Shown here: piece after piece, positions 19,586 through 29,306 of the stretch
Layout: each line of letters starts with the position of its first letter
How positions within the stretch are numbered: position 1 is the first letter of the stretch
Origin: Chitinivibrionales bacterium
GTDB taxonomy: Bacteria; Fibrobacterota; Chitinivibrionia; Chitinivibrionales; WJKA01
Length of the DNA: 64,000 nucleotides
Direction: 5' to 3'
Assembly (NCBI GenBank): GCA_038247415.1
Contig: JBBRUX010000017.1
Coordinates: 8,910-72,909 of the forward strand
Translations under genes and position numbers: made by a program
The notes under the pieces: model-generated
The model's database searches: none
Told to the model about the DNA's origin: nothing
Seen by the model: the letters and a program-made list of their open reading frames with translations, nothing else

Positions 19586-22500
19586 GTGCGTATTTTTCGC
19601 AATACCATTATCATCATTGGTAGTTTTTGGTCATGCCTTTGCGCAATGACATTTGCCGTTGATTCTCTTATGTCGGTAGATGCAATACCTGCTGCTGTTC
19701 TTCGTGTTGCAGAAGAAGCCTACAATCTCAATAAAAAAGGGATAGATGCCCTCACCGCAAACGATTTGCCGGTTGCACAGGAATCATTCGAAAAAGCAAT
19801 GTCAATACTTCCGGGGTATACCGACGCAGAGAATAATCTGGGTGTTACCTGGTTTCGCAGGGGCAATATGGGCAAAGCAGAGCAGATTTGGGCAAATTTA
19901 ACAAACGCTAATCCTCATTACACCCTGGGTTTTCATAATAGAGGAGTAGCCGCTTTTTACGAAAGAAGCTACGATGTAGCGCAATCCTTTTTTGATAAGG
20001 CCCTTGGCCTCAATAAACAATTTATAGATTCTTATGTGTATAGTGGGCGGGTTTCCTTGGCCTTGGGTAATACCTCCCAAGCGCTCGAAAAATTTAAACG
20101 GGCCATTGCCATTAATCCTAAGCATCCGGGCGCATTTGGATATTATGCCTATGCGCTTGTTGCCGCAAAAGATACCGTTAAAGCTATAGCACTTTTACGC
20201 GAACGCCCCGATCATACGGGGGCATTAGAAATGCTCGGAACCATTTTGGCTGCCAAGGGTGATGTCAAGGAAGCAACTGAGGTGTTGCGAAAGGCTGTTA
20301 ATCGTGGGGCGTCGGCCGAAACATACCTAACACTTGCAACCGTATTGCTCGATGCGCATGATTGTTCGCAAGCACTTGCCATGGTAAAGGAATATTTTGC
20401 ACATGCGCCGGTTCCTTCTGCATCGGCATATATAAATGCTTCGGTTGCTGCAGGCGAGTGTAAAGAGAATGCACTGGCAGAATCGTATCTCACCGAAGGC
20501 GTAAAGCGGTTTCCTACCGATCCATTTATTCGCTATAACCTCGGAAAATTGTATTTCATTCGTAATGCTCTCGATGCTGCCGAATCGCAATGGAAAGTTC
20601 TCTCCGACTCGATGTACGATCCAGAGCTTTATTATCTGCGATCAACAATTGCTGTTGCCCACAATAGGTTGACCGATGCAGAAACCATGGTTCGAAAGTC
20701 TATTAGGTTAGATAAATCGTCTAAATCACTTCTTTTGCTGGGTAACATTCTTATAGCGCAAAACAAGAAAGATGCGGGAAAAGAAGCCTTTAAAGAAGTT
20801 CTTGCCCTCGATCCTTCTAATGGTAATGCAACCCTTAATCTTGCACTGCTGGATAAAGGCGGTGCCAATGCCGAATCGGCGCTTCTCAAAGCAAAAGCGG
20901 ATCTTGCATCGTGCAGCGGTAGTTGTGGGCGTCAAGCATTAACACTCTCTATCCTGTATGCGTATCAAAAAAAGTATCCAGAGGCCATCGCCACACTCGA
21001 AAAAATACCTGTTAAAGAACGGAATGTATCGGTATGTAAAGCATTAGGCGTTTACTATAAAGAAGCAGGGCAATGGGCTAATGCCATAGCAACGCTAGAA
21101 AAAGCCCGCATCGATGGTGGCATTAAAGATGCATCGCTTTTGTTTGACCTGGCAAGTTTGTATAGCACCACGGGCCACTACGAACGGGCCATCGACCTTT
21201 TTGGTATGGTAGAAAAAGATCCGGGCATCGAATCTTATAAGCTCCAGTATTCCTGGGGGTATGCGATTCTGCAACAAGGAAGGCTCGATGAGGCTCTGAT
21301 GCATCTGGAGAAAAGTCTAAAAAGTAAAGAAACACCCAGTGCATTGGGTCTTGTGGCGTATATCTATAATAAGCAAGGCAATGCAGCAAAAGCATCGGAA
21401 TTGTGGCAGAAAAACCTGAGGGACGACCCCGATAACTCTGTTGTTCTTGTCAACCTTGGGCTTGCGCAGCAACAGAGTGGTAAGCTTAGCGAAGCGCTCG
21501 ATTATTTTAAAAAAGCAGCACAAGCAAAAAATGCAGATGCTGCGGTGTATATCAATATTGGTTCGGTGCTCGATCTTATGGGAAAAAATGCCGATGCAGC
21601 AAAAGCCTACGAGAAAGCACTTGTGTCAAGTCGTCGAGATTGTGCAGCGTATAACCTATATGTGCATTCTGTAAAGAATTCAGATAAATCAATGCAAGCT
21701 TCCATGCAAAAGATCCTTACTGCAGAATTCCCAAAATCGCTTTATGCCTCACGTATTGCTGCAGAATCTGCAATCGAGCGTGGGGATACTGCCGCAGCAC
21801 AAGCAGCGCTTATGCGTATTCCCGATAAAGAAAAAGACGATGCCGATTGGTTACTCTTGGCGCGTATCGCTGCAGAATCGGGAGACGATGCAAAAGCGCA
21901 GGAAATACTAAATACCGTGTCAACAGATAGCGATGTCGCACGCGAAAAGAATCGGCTCTTGGGTCAAGCAGCGTTTACCGCTAAAAAATACGGGGATGCC
22001 TTTAAAATATGGAGCGCCAATCCCGATACGAGTATTGCAATTCGCTTTAATATGTGTGTTGCTGCTCTCAATGCCACCATGCCCGATTCAGCACGTTTTT
22101 ATACAAAAAAGTTGCTTGCCGAAAAGGGCCTCTCTGGCGATATCATTCAAAAGCTCTATCAGATTTCACTCAATGCTTCTACACTGCTTAAAGATTGGGT
22201 TGCTGTTGCAGAAGTGTCACAGGATATTGTTAAGCAGACTCCACGTAATGCGACTGCATGGTACAATGGGGCAGTTGCCTATTACAATCTTGGAAATGTA
22301 GAAAAGTCGTATGAGATGTACACTCGTGCTCAATCGATAGATTCTAAAATTGTCAATAAAGATATAGAAAATAGGTATGCTGCATCGCGTAAACCGACTA
22401 CCGAAATTCGCGACACCGTAGCCGATCCATTCGATATCGATTACAATAAAGCAGTTTCATTGCAGAGCTTAGGAAAGAACAAAGCTGCACTAGCGCTCTA

Positions 22501-22771
22501 TAAGAAAATTGTTGCGGCATCACCAACCTATTTTAGGGCTTGGAATAATATTGGGGCAATCTACGCGGCAGAAGGTAAGCTAGAAGAGGCTGTGGAGTGC
22601 TATTTGAAGGCTTTGGCGCAAACCCACGAATTGCCTGAAGCTTATGCAAATCTTGCGCTTGTCTATGTAGCGCTTGGGCAAAAAGATGATGCTCGTAAAT
22701 GTATTGCCGATGGTTTACAGTATAATCCAGGCAACGAAGTGCTGGTAAAAGTTTCTAAGATGGTAGAGTAA
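19586..22771 (+). CDS. Large secreted tetratricopeptide-repeat protein
   Basis: Many TPR motifs (AENNLGV, VNLGLA, AWNNIGAIY, AYANLAL); GTG start after AAGGAG; N-terminal hydrophobic segment. Confidence 0.85.
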   Translation: MRIFRNTIIIIGSFWSCLCAMTFAVDSLMSVDAIPAAVLRVAEEAYNLNKKGIDALTANDLPVAQESFEKAMSILPGYTDAENNLGVTWFRRGNMGKAEQIWANLTNANPHYTLGFHNRGVAAFYERSYDVAQSFFDKALGLNKQFIDSYVYSGRVSLALGNTSQALEKFKRAIAINPKHPGAFGYYAYALVAAKDTVKAIALLRERPDHTGALEMLGTILAAKGDVKEATEVLRKAVNRGASAETYLTLATVLLDAHDCSQALAMVKEYFAHAPVPSASAYINASVAAGECKENALAESYLTEGVKRFPTDPFIRYNLGKLYFIRNALDAAESQWKVLSDSMYDPELYYLRSTIAVAHNRLTDAETMVRKSIRLDKSSKSLLLLGNILIAQNKKDAGKEAFKEVLALDPSNGNATLNLALLDKGGANAESALLKAKADLASCSGSCGRQALTLSILYAYQKKYPEAIATLEKIPVKERNVSVCKALGVYYKEAGQWANAIATLEKARIDGGIKDASLLFDLASLYSTTGHYERAIDLFGMVEKDPGIESYKLQYSWGYAILQQGRLDEALMHLEKSLKSKETPSALGLVAYIYNKQGNAAKASELWQKNLRDDPDNSVVLVNLGLAQQQSGKLSEALDYFKKAAQAKNADAAVYINIGSVLDLMGKNADAAKAYEKALVSSRRDCAAYNLYVHSVKNSDKSMQASMQKILTAEFPKSLYASRIAAESAIERGDTAAAQAALMRIPDKEKDDADWLLLARIAAESGDDAKAQEILNTVSTDSDVAREKNRLLGQAAFTAKKYGDAFKIWSANPDTSIAIRFNMCVAALNATMPDSARFYTKKLLAEKGLSGDIIQKLYQISLNASTLLKDWVAVAEVSQDIVKQTPRNATAWYNGAVAYYNLGNVEKSYEMYTRAQSIDSKIVNKDIENRYAASRKPTTEIRDTVADPFDIDYNKAVSLQSLGKNKAALALYKKIVAASPTYFRAWNNIGAIYAAEGKLEEAVECYLKALAQTHELPEAYANLALVYVALGQKDDARKCIADGLQYNPGNEVLVKVSKMVE

Positions 22772-22791
22772 CGAAGCTTAAAAAAATGTAA

Positions 22792-22877
22792 TGCCCGGGG
22801 CCGGAATCGAACCGGCACGGCAGTTTCCCGCCAAGGGATTTTAAGTCCCTAGTGTCTACCTATTCCACCACCCGGGC
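22792..22877 (-). tRNA. tRNA-Leu(TAA)
   Basis: GCCCGGGTGGTGGAATAGGTAGACAC..GGGAC-TTAAAA-TCCC, long variable arm, GGTTCGATTCC, CCCGGGCA; CCA not encoded. Confidence 0.95.
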
Positions 22878-22944
22878 ATTCTTTTAAAGGTCAGAGAACT
22901 TTAAAAGTGTCTTTAAAATGTGTCAGGGGCCGAATAAAATCAAG

Positions 22945-22991
22945 AAAAAAGCCTGTCTGCAAGGGTAAAACATTGCAAACAGGCTTTTTTT
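22945..22991. terminator. Intrinsic terminator downstream of flgM (bidirectional shape)
   Basis: AAAAAAGCCTGTcTGCAA...TTGCAAACAGGCTTTTTTT. Confidence 0.8.
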
Positions 22992-23014
22992 GTTGAAATT
23001 GGATACCTAATAAG

Positions 23015-23311
23015 CTAGAGTATTCCTGCTCCGTGCATTTTTTCTAACGCATTATCAAATCGAACCGCAATAGGATAATCATTGTTTTTGATTCGTTCGC
23101 GTATTTTGTCCACGAGTTCTATTCTTACCTCGGGGAGTGCCTTTATGGTGTCTGAAACCTTTTGAACACTCTGCGAGGATGACGAAATCTCTACCGATTC
23201 CGAAGATTTGCCCGTTTGAGCTGGTCGGGGAGTCCCCGATGCACTCTTAGCGGGCGGTGCCTCAAAGGCCTTCTGGAGCCGATAGCTCTGGGTCATGAAT
23301 TGTATATTCAT
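23015..23311 (-). CDS. flgM: Anti-sigma-28 factor FlgM
   Basis: 98 aa; ESVEISS...LPEVRIELVDKIRERIKNNDY pattern; sigma-28 promoter upstream. Confidence 0.8.
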   Translation of the reverse strand: MNIQFMTQSYRLQKAFEAPPAKSASGTPRPAQTGKSSESVEISSSSQSVQKVSDTIKALPEVRIELVDKIRERIKNNDYPIAVRFDNALEKMHGAGIL

Positions 23312-23344
23312 AGCGACCACCCTGTTAAAGTGAAAAAGGGGTTC

Positions 23345-23412
23345 TCTTCCGTCCCTGGAAGATGCATCCGTCCCTGGAGTAGTCCCCCGCAAAAGCAGCT
23401 CCATCCTTGGAG
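23345..23412 (-). promoter_or_regulatory. Three GGA-loop hairpins in flgM leader (candidate CsrA sites)
   Basis: Minus strand CTCCA-AGGA-TGGAG, TCC-AGGGAC-GGA, TTCC-AGGGAC-GGAA. Confidence 0.6.
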
Positions 23413-23438
23413 TGGGACTGCTATCTAGTACATTCTAA

Positions 23439-23466
23439 GTATCGGTATATGTGTAGTCTTTCTTTA
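23439..23466 (-). promoter_or_regulatory. Sigma-28 (FliA/SigD) promoter of flgM
   Basis: TAAA-N16-ACCGATAC on minus strand. Confidence 0.7.
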
Positions 23467-23561
23467 ATTATTAATTGAGAGGGTAATATAAGAATGAATG
23501 CGTAAAATTTTGGGCGTATCGGGTTTGCCTTGATCACTAAGCAATGGTAAAATAAGATTTT

Positions 23562-23940
23562 GGGCATTCCGGTTTCACCGTCGCCCCTCTTTACGGACTC
23601 TGGCTTTGCCAGCCGGTCTTTCATGCCATGCGGCACAATGTGCCTGAGGCATTCAAGACTGAAAGCTTCACTCCGTTTCGCTTTCGCCCTCCAGTCCTGG
23701 CTAATGCTCTTGACATGAAAGGGGCCTGAACATGATTACAAGGATTATGCGATTACCATGATTAATTCGGACAGAAATCAAGATCATCAAGGTAATCATG
23801 TGAATCAAGGTTCAGACAATTGACTTTTGCGCCAGGCAGAACTGAAAGGTGTCGCCGTATGCGACAGTGCCCACTAAAAGCTTTGTCGCTTTGGACAAAG
23901 CGCTTTAATGGTGGCACCAAGGGCGATTGCCCGCGCCTGT
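23562..23940. repeat. Cluster of palindromic/structured elements (REP/MITE-like or ncRNA)
   Basis: Nested stems CGGTCTT/AAGACTG, ATGCC/GGCAT, GGCACA/TGTGCC, GAAAGC/GCTTTC; long imperfect palindrome CTGAAC..GTTCAG; TGTCGC/GCGACA, CTTTGTC/GACAAAG. Confidence 0.55.
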
Positions 23941-24160
23941 AAGGAGGGCCGGTACCGCAGATAGGCTCCCAGATGCTTACCCTGCTTAATTCCTAAGCTT
24001 GGCGCCCAAAATCAGCATTTAGAATTGGTTTATTAGCTCAAGGTACCCTGAATCAAGATTTTAGCAGTCCAAGCTCAATAATAGTTTCTTTTCTGAGTTC
24101 TACGGTGTATTTTAAGCACTACTAAATTACTGAGAGAACTACTTAATTAAGGGAGAAAAT

Positions 24161-24682
24161 ATGAATCTTGATGATGCCATCCGTAAAGTTCCCGATTTTC
24201 CTAAGCCCGGGATCCTTTTCTATGATGTGACCTCCATTTTTACCAACCCGCCAGCATTTCAGTTTGCAATTGACGAAATGATGAGACTTTACGAAGCGGA
24301 GAAGGTTGATGGTGTGATTGCAATCGAAAGTAGAGGGTTTTTATTGGGATCATGCTTTGCATATAAACGCGGAGTCCCCTTGGTTTTGGCTCGGAAAAAA
24401 GGGAAGCTGCCGGGCAAAACTATTACTCGAAGCTATGCGCTTGAATATGGTGAAGCAACGCTTGAGATTCATACCGCCGATATGCCAGCAGGGAAGCGAT
24501 GGCTTATTATTGACGACTTAATTGCTACCGGCGGTACTATTGAGGCTGTTGCAGGGCTTATTGAATCTCAAGGTTCTTCTGTTGCGGGCGTTTTTGGTGT
24601 AATCGGATTGCCTTTCTTGCACTATGGTAAAAAAATTGGCAAGTATAATCCCAAAACCCTGATCGATTATCACGCTGAATAA
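24161..24682 (+). CDS. apt: Adenine phosphoribosyltransferase
   Basis: PDFPKPGILFYD, ESRGF, RKKGKLP, YALEYG, IIDDLIATGGT. Confidence 0.97.
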   Translation: MNLDDAIRKVPDFPKPGILFYDVTSIFTNPPAFQFAIDEMMRLYEAEKVDGVIAIESRGFLLGSCFAYKRGVPLVLARKKGKLPGKTITRSYALEYGEATLEIHTADMPAGKRWLIIDDLIATGGTIEAVAGLIESQGSSVAGVFGVIGLPFLHYGKKIGKYNPKTLIDYHAE

Positions 24683-24702
24683 GTACTTTTAAGGTATACG
24701 TA

Positions 24703-26073
24703 ATGCAATCTGTTAAAGAAATTCTCGCAACAGCCCTTCTTGGTAGCGTTGTAACTGCAACGGGGTGGGTCAAAACACGGCGTGATGTCAAGTCATGTTC
24801 TTTTATAGAGTTGTCGGATGGAACATCTTTGGGTGGATTGCAGGCCGTGCTCGACTCGGGCATGGAAGGATATAAAGAGATTATCGAAAAGCTTACTACA
24901 GGTTCCAGTGTGCGGATTGAGGGCACTATTGTGGCTTCTCTTGCATCGGGGCAAAGAATAGAGCTTTCTGCTGTGTCTGTTTATATCTATTCGGTGTGTC
25001 CACCTGAGTATCCTTTGCAGAAAAAGCAGCACTCTTTTGAATTCTTGCGCGAGATTGCACATTTGCGTCCGCGCACCAATTCGATTGGGGCGGTTTTGCG
25101 CATTCGCAGCGTACTTTCTTTTGCCGTGCATCGTTTTTTTCAGGACCGTGGGTTCCAGTATGTTCATACGCCAATTATAAGCACATCCGATTGTGAAGGT
25201 GCTGGTAAACAATTTACCGTTACGACATACGATGCTCTCGGTTTTTCACCCAAAGAATCGTATGCAGATGATTTTTTTGGGGGTCACGCGCATTTAACGG
25301 TATCTGGTCAGCTTGAAGGTGAAATTTGCGCTTTGGCCTTGCGAAATATTTATACGTTTGGTCCTACCTTTCGTGCCGAGCTTTCTAATACTGCCCGACA
25401 TTTGGCTGAATTCTGGATGATTGAGCCAGAAATGGCTTTTTGCGAATTGGTAGACGATATGAATTGTGCAGAAGCGTTTGTGCGGTTTTGTGTTGGCGAA
25501 GTTTTGGCGCAGTGTCCTGACGAAATAGCATTCTTTACAAAACGCATCGATTCTGGATTAACAGAAAGACTCGAGGCTCTTGTCAAAACTTCTTTTGAGA
25601 GAATTTCGTATACCGATGCCATGATTATTCTAGAAAAAAATAATGCGCATTTCGAATATCCTGTCAGTTTTGGTTCAGATATTCAGTCGGAGCATGAACG
25701 TTATCTGGTTGAGGAAGTTTTTAAAAAGCCAACGATCGTTTACAATTATCCCTCTGAAATAAAAGCTTTTTACATGAAGGCAAATGACGATGGAAAGACT
25801 GTGCGGGCGATGGATCTTTTAGTTCCACGAATAGGGGAGCTTATTGGTGGAAGCGAACGCGAAGATAGACATGATGTTCTCAAAGACAAGATACTTGCTA
25901 TGGGCTTAAACCCAGAGGATTATTGGTGGTATCTTGACTTAAGAAAATACGGAAGCGTACCCCATGCCGGGTTTGGGCTCGGATTCGAACGTCTCATGCT
26001 TCTTGTTACGGGTATGCTCAATATCCGCGATGTCATTCCCTTTCCCAGGTACCCTGGAAACGCCGCATTTTAG
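24703..26073 (+). CDS. asnS: Asparagine--tRNA ligase
   Basis: HLRPRTN, LTVSGQL, FGPTFRAE.SNT.RHLAEFWMIEPE, GFGLGFER, RDVIPFPR. Confidence 0.97.
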   Translation: MQSVKEILATALLGSVVTATGWVKTRRDVKSCSFIELSDGTSLGGLQAVLDSGMEGYKEIIEKLTTGSSVRIEGTIVASLASGQRIELSAVSVYIYSVCPPEYPLQKKQHSFEFLREIAHLRPRTNSIGAVLRIRSVLSFAVHRFFQDRGFQYVHTPIISTSDCEGAGKQFTVTTYDALGFSPKESYADDFFGGHAHLTVSGQLEGEICALALRNIYTFGPTFRAELSNTARHLAEFWMIEPEMAFCELVDDMNCAEAFVRFCVGEVLAQCPDEIAFFTKRIDSGLTERLEALVKTSFERISYTDAMIILEKNNAHFEYPVSFGSDIQSEHERYLVEEVFKKPTIVYNYPSEIKAFYMKANDDGKTVRAMDLLVPRIGELIGGSEREDRHDVLKDKILAMGLNPEDYWWYLDLRKYGSVPHAGFGLGFERLMLLVTGMLNIRDVIPFPRYPGNAAF

Positions 26074-26104
26074 CTCATGCGCCGCATGTAGTGCAGCGCA
26101 TGAG
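26074..26104. terminator. Hairpin between convergent asnS and beta-helix gene
   Basis: CTCATGCGC...GCGCATGAG followed by TGTCTTTT. Confidence 0.55.
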
Positions 26105-26128
26105 TGTCTTTTCTGGTGCACTCTCTTC

Positions 26129-28240
26129 TTAGCGGTTTTTGGCCTGTGTTCCATCAAAGTAAACCCCGTCGGGGATCATGGTTGGATCGTTTAAGGATAC
26201 TCTTGACCGAGCTTGTTTGTTAATGGGTACTACGCGACCCGCAGCATTAACAGTGAGGTTTGTCGCACCGGTAAGCCTGCTGGCGGGTGTTACCAGAGGT
26301 GTATGCCAATCTGATATGCTCGTTGGAGCGCCACGAAATCCACTATACATGCCACAGTTCCATCGCTCAAACCCATCAGTTGCATTAGTGAGACTAAGGG
26401 AACGGGTGGTATCTGATCTGATTTCTGTAATTTTCACCTCAGTGGTTTGTTTTTGCGGAGTGTATTCCCGCATGGTAGTAAATGAACACTCTGCATCTTT
26501 TGTGTAAAAAATGGGCCTTGTGTCAAGTGGATCCGTCCCGGTACCAAAGTAAAAAAATCCAAGCGTTTCAGTTTTTCCTTTGTTAATAGTCTTGCACATG
26601 ATCCCATCACCTTCACTTTTGCGTCCTAAAATCCAGACATTTGCACCACTATTATATACAATGCCATCCACATAGGATCCTTCGGGGTTGAGCTGCCGTG
26701 CCCAAAGATTTTGGCCCGCTGTACTCATATGAATCCACCCAGAAAAATCTGTTACAAAAATATCGCCGGTGCCTCTGCCGAGAATGGAGCCTTCGCCACT
26801 TTCAAAGATCATTGTTTTACTTGTGGAACGATTTTCGTAGCCCATGAGGTTGCTACCAAAAACATGTAACCCTTGAAATTTGACAATGGGGGCAGAATTG
26901 TTGTCAACCACAAATCGTCCCATGGTTGCAGGGTACGCTGCTGGGCTCGATCCACTTATAAGTCTTGGAAAACCCAGGCCAATAATGTGTCGGACGGATC
27001 CTTTAACAAGGACTGTTCCATTGATATTATAGAGAGGATCTCCAGCAGCTCCCCTTACGTAAACTGTTGTTTTTCCAGCAGCAGCGGCCTTGTCGATTGC
27101 ATCCTGAAATGCTTTGGTGTCATCGACATTGTCGCCGGCCTTGGCACCAAAATCGTTGACACATACCCATTTGGCAAGGTCTGTTTCCCAGGGTACTTCG
27201 GGCTCCGACTTAATAGGTAAATCAAGCGATCGCGAAGGAGTATACGGAAAAAGAATGGTATCTTTGTGAGTACTATACAAGGGAATTGTAGGCCCGGCAA
27301 ATTCGCGCGTTCCATCCCAGAGTATGCCCCGCAAAGCCTGTGCATACCCTTGGGTCTTTACGTTACGGGCAAATATCACGCCTCTGTTGAGGATCCCGCA
27401 TTCTGTAGACGAGGTAGTTGTAAACGAAGAATTGATAAGAGTTACTAGTCCGCACCATTGTTGTTCGTTGGGGGGAAAGGTAATTTCCATGCCAATGCGA
27501 CAATTGGTAACGACAAGACTTTCGGCTGCCAAAACATTAGCGCTTACGCGAAGCCCCATAGAATCGCAATCGCGAATAGTAACGCGCGAAAGTGTTTGCC
27601 CCCAGAGCCAAGACGAATAAATTCCAAAATCAAAACCATCTATTTCTACATCTTGAATAAGGTTAGGGCCATTGTAAGCATTCTCGCTCACGATTCCATA
27701 CTTGCCCACTTTATTGCCTATGATACGAATATTTTTAAGAATACCTGCGTTATCTGAGAAAAAATTGATACCACTTACACCGGGGTTGTTTCCAATATTT
27801 ACGGTAAAATTATGAAACGTTCTCATGAACCAGTCGGCACTTCCAGGGAGCGTAGAAAAGCATCTAATGACCGAGCCGGTATCGGGCGCTGCATCATCAA
27901 GCTTGATTATTACACTATCACGCTGTTCTCCATATACAAAAGGGCCAATGCCATTTCCGCCGCCGCCATAGTTTACAATAAGAGATTTTGTAACCATGTA
28001 GGTTCCTTTAGGAATGTAAACTACTTTCATGGGTGATGCTGGAGGAGAGCAACTTGCATTGAAAGCATCTTGCAGAATTTTGGTATCATCGGTGACGCCA
28101 TCCCCCTTTGCTCCCATGGTTTTGACATTAACAACCATTGCATCATTGGGGAAAACTAAATGTGGAGGTTTTCGTACGGCAAATGTTACGAAGGAGAGGC
28201 TTATAATTAGGAGCAATGCTTTTGTTGCATCGAATTTCAT
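26129..28240 (-). CDS. Secreted pectate_lyase_3/GH55-like beta-helix glycan-active protein
   Basis: Signal peptide; two GAKGDGVTDDT / FGAKAGDNVDDT motifs; YIPKGTY; RQLNPEG. Confidence 0.8.
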   Translation of the reverse strand: MKFDATKALLLIISLSFVTFAVRKPPHLVFPNDAMVVNVKTMGAKGDGVTDDTKILQDAFNASCSPPASPMKVVYIPKGTYMVTKSLIVNYGGGGNGIGPFVYGEQRDSVIIKLDDAAPDTGSVIRCFSTLPGSADWFMRTFHNFTVNIGNNPGVSGINFFSDNAGILKNIRIIGNKVGKYGIVSENAYNGPNLIQDVEIDGFDFGIYSSWLWGQTLSRVTIRDCDSMGLRVSANVLAAESLVVTNCRIGMEITFPPNEQQWCGLVTLINSSFTTTSSTECGILNRGVIFARNVKTQGYAQALRGILWDGTREFAGPTIPLYSTHKDTILFPYTPSRSLDLPIKSEPEVPWETDLAKWVCVNDFGAKAGDNVDDTKAFQDAIDKAAAAGKTTVYVRGAAGDPLYNINGTVLVKGSVRHIIGLGFPRLISGSSPAAYPATMGRFVVDNNSAPIVKFQGLHVFGSNLMGYENRSTSKTMIFESGEGSILGRGTGDIFVTDFSGWIHMSTAGQNLWARQLNPEGSYVDGIVYNSGANVWILGRKSEGDGIMCKTINKGKTETLGFFYFGTGTDPLDTRPIFYTKDAECSFTTMREYTPQKQTTEVKITEIRSDTTRSLSLTNATDGFERWNCGMYSGFRGAPTSISDWHTPLVTPASRLTGATNLTVNAAGRVVPINKQARSRVSLNDPTMIPDGVYFDGTQAKNR

Positions 28241-28394
28241 AAATAGCGCCCTCCTTAAAGTTAAACGTTTAAATAAAACCTAAAATTGATATTTTTGGCT
28301 GTTCTAAGGTTCAATATAACCAAATTAAACCGATAATGCTGTAATTATGCCAAAATGGGGCGGTGGGCTTTTAAAAAAATGTTGAAATAATTCT

Positions 28395-29306
28395 TCAACG
28401 AGGTGTTTTATAATCCACAAATTCTCTAAATCGGTGGTGAAACCATCCAAACCAATGTTCTGGATACTGCCGTATCCATTCTGAAATAATGCGGTTATGC
28501 TCAGCCTGATAAGCATCGAGATAGGCATCGTGATTATCGCGCGATACACCGAGGTCGGCGGTTGTTTGGAGAAAAATTTCGTACGATCCTTTTTCGTTGA
28601 GAATTGCATAGGTGGGAAGAATCCCACAATCAGTTTTAAGAAGAAGCCCCGCAACCGTTCGAATCGTATTTGCTTGTTTGCCAAGGAATGGCGCCATGGT
28701 ACCTTGTTGCGCCGAATGTTGATCGATGAGGAGTGCCACCATCCCATTTCGCTTGAGCGCCGATAACGCTTTGCGCAATGCTTGATGCTGGTAAATGGTT
28801 TCTATTCCGGTTGCGGCTCTTTTTTTGCTGAGCCAACTCTCTACAACGCGATTACGCATGGGTTTTGCAAGAACGCTTAAATTGCTAATTTTAGATCCGT
28901 AAATTGCTGCAAGCATTTCCCAATTTCCAAAATGTGCCAAAAGCACAATAATGCCTTTGCCTCGTGTAAAGAGCGAATCAACAATTTCAAAATTATGCGT
29001 TACATAGGGAGGGAGGTTGTGCGATGGCCGTAAGAAGTCACTGCCATATCTACCAACAGTTTTATACAGCTTTTTTATAATGAGAATTTGTTCTTTTTCT
29101 GTCCAGAATCCCGTGTATCGTATGTTAATTTCAGCAACCGAGCGCTCTATACGAAGGTGATACAAGAGCATGCCGAAAAGACCCCCAAGCCAGAGCGTAA
29201 GCTTTCGGGGAAGAATACCCAGAACTGCTTGAACACAGAGCAACAGAACGTATTCTATCCGATGGAGAATAGGCTTGCTGGTTTGTATCACGGCTTTCGT
29301 TCCCAT
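28395..29306 (-). CDS. Lipid A late acyltransferase (LpxL/HtrB family)
   Basis: AHFGNWE, LIDQH, PFLG, IRQYPEHWFGWFHHRF. Confidence 0.9.
   Translation of the reverse strand: MGTKAVIQTSKPILHRIEYVLLLCVQAVLGILPRKLTLWLGGLFGMLLYHLRIERSVAEINIRYTGFWTEKEQILIIKKLYKTVGRYGSDFLRPSHNLPPYVTHNFEIVDSLFTRGKGIIVLLAHFGNWEMLAAIYGSKISNLSVLAKPMRNRVVESWLSKKRAATGIETIYQHQALRKALSALKRNGMVALLIDQHSAQQGTMAPFLGKQANTIRTVAGLLLKTDCGILPTYAILNEKGSYEIFLQTTADLGVSRDNHDAYLDAYQAEHNRIISEWIRQYPEHWFGWFHHRFREFVDYKTPR

Noticed and set aside
22792..22877. tRNA-Leu as an island integration site
   Set aside because: No adjacent integrase and no duplicated tRNA 3' end noticed in the window
23560..24000. RNase P RNA, tmRNA, SRP RNA or purine riboswitch
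   Set aside because: Their hallmark sequences were not found on either strand
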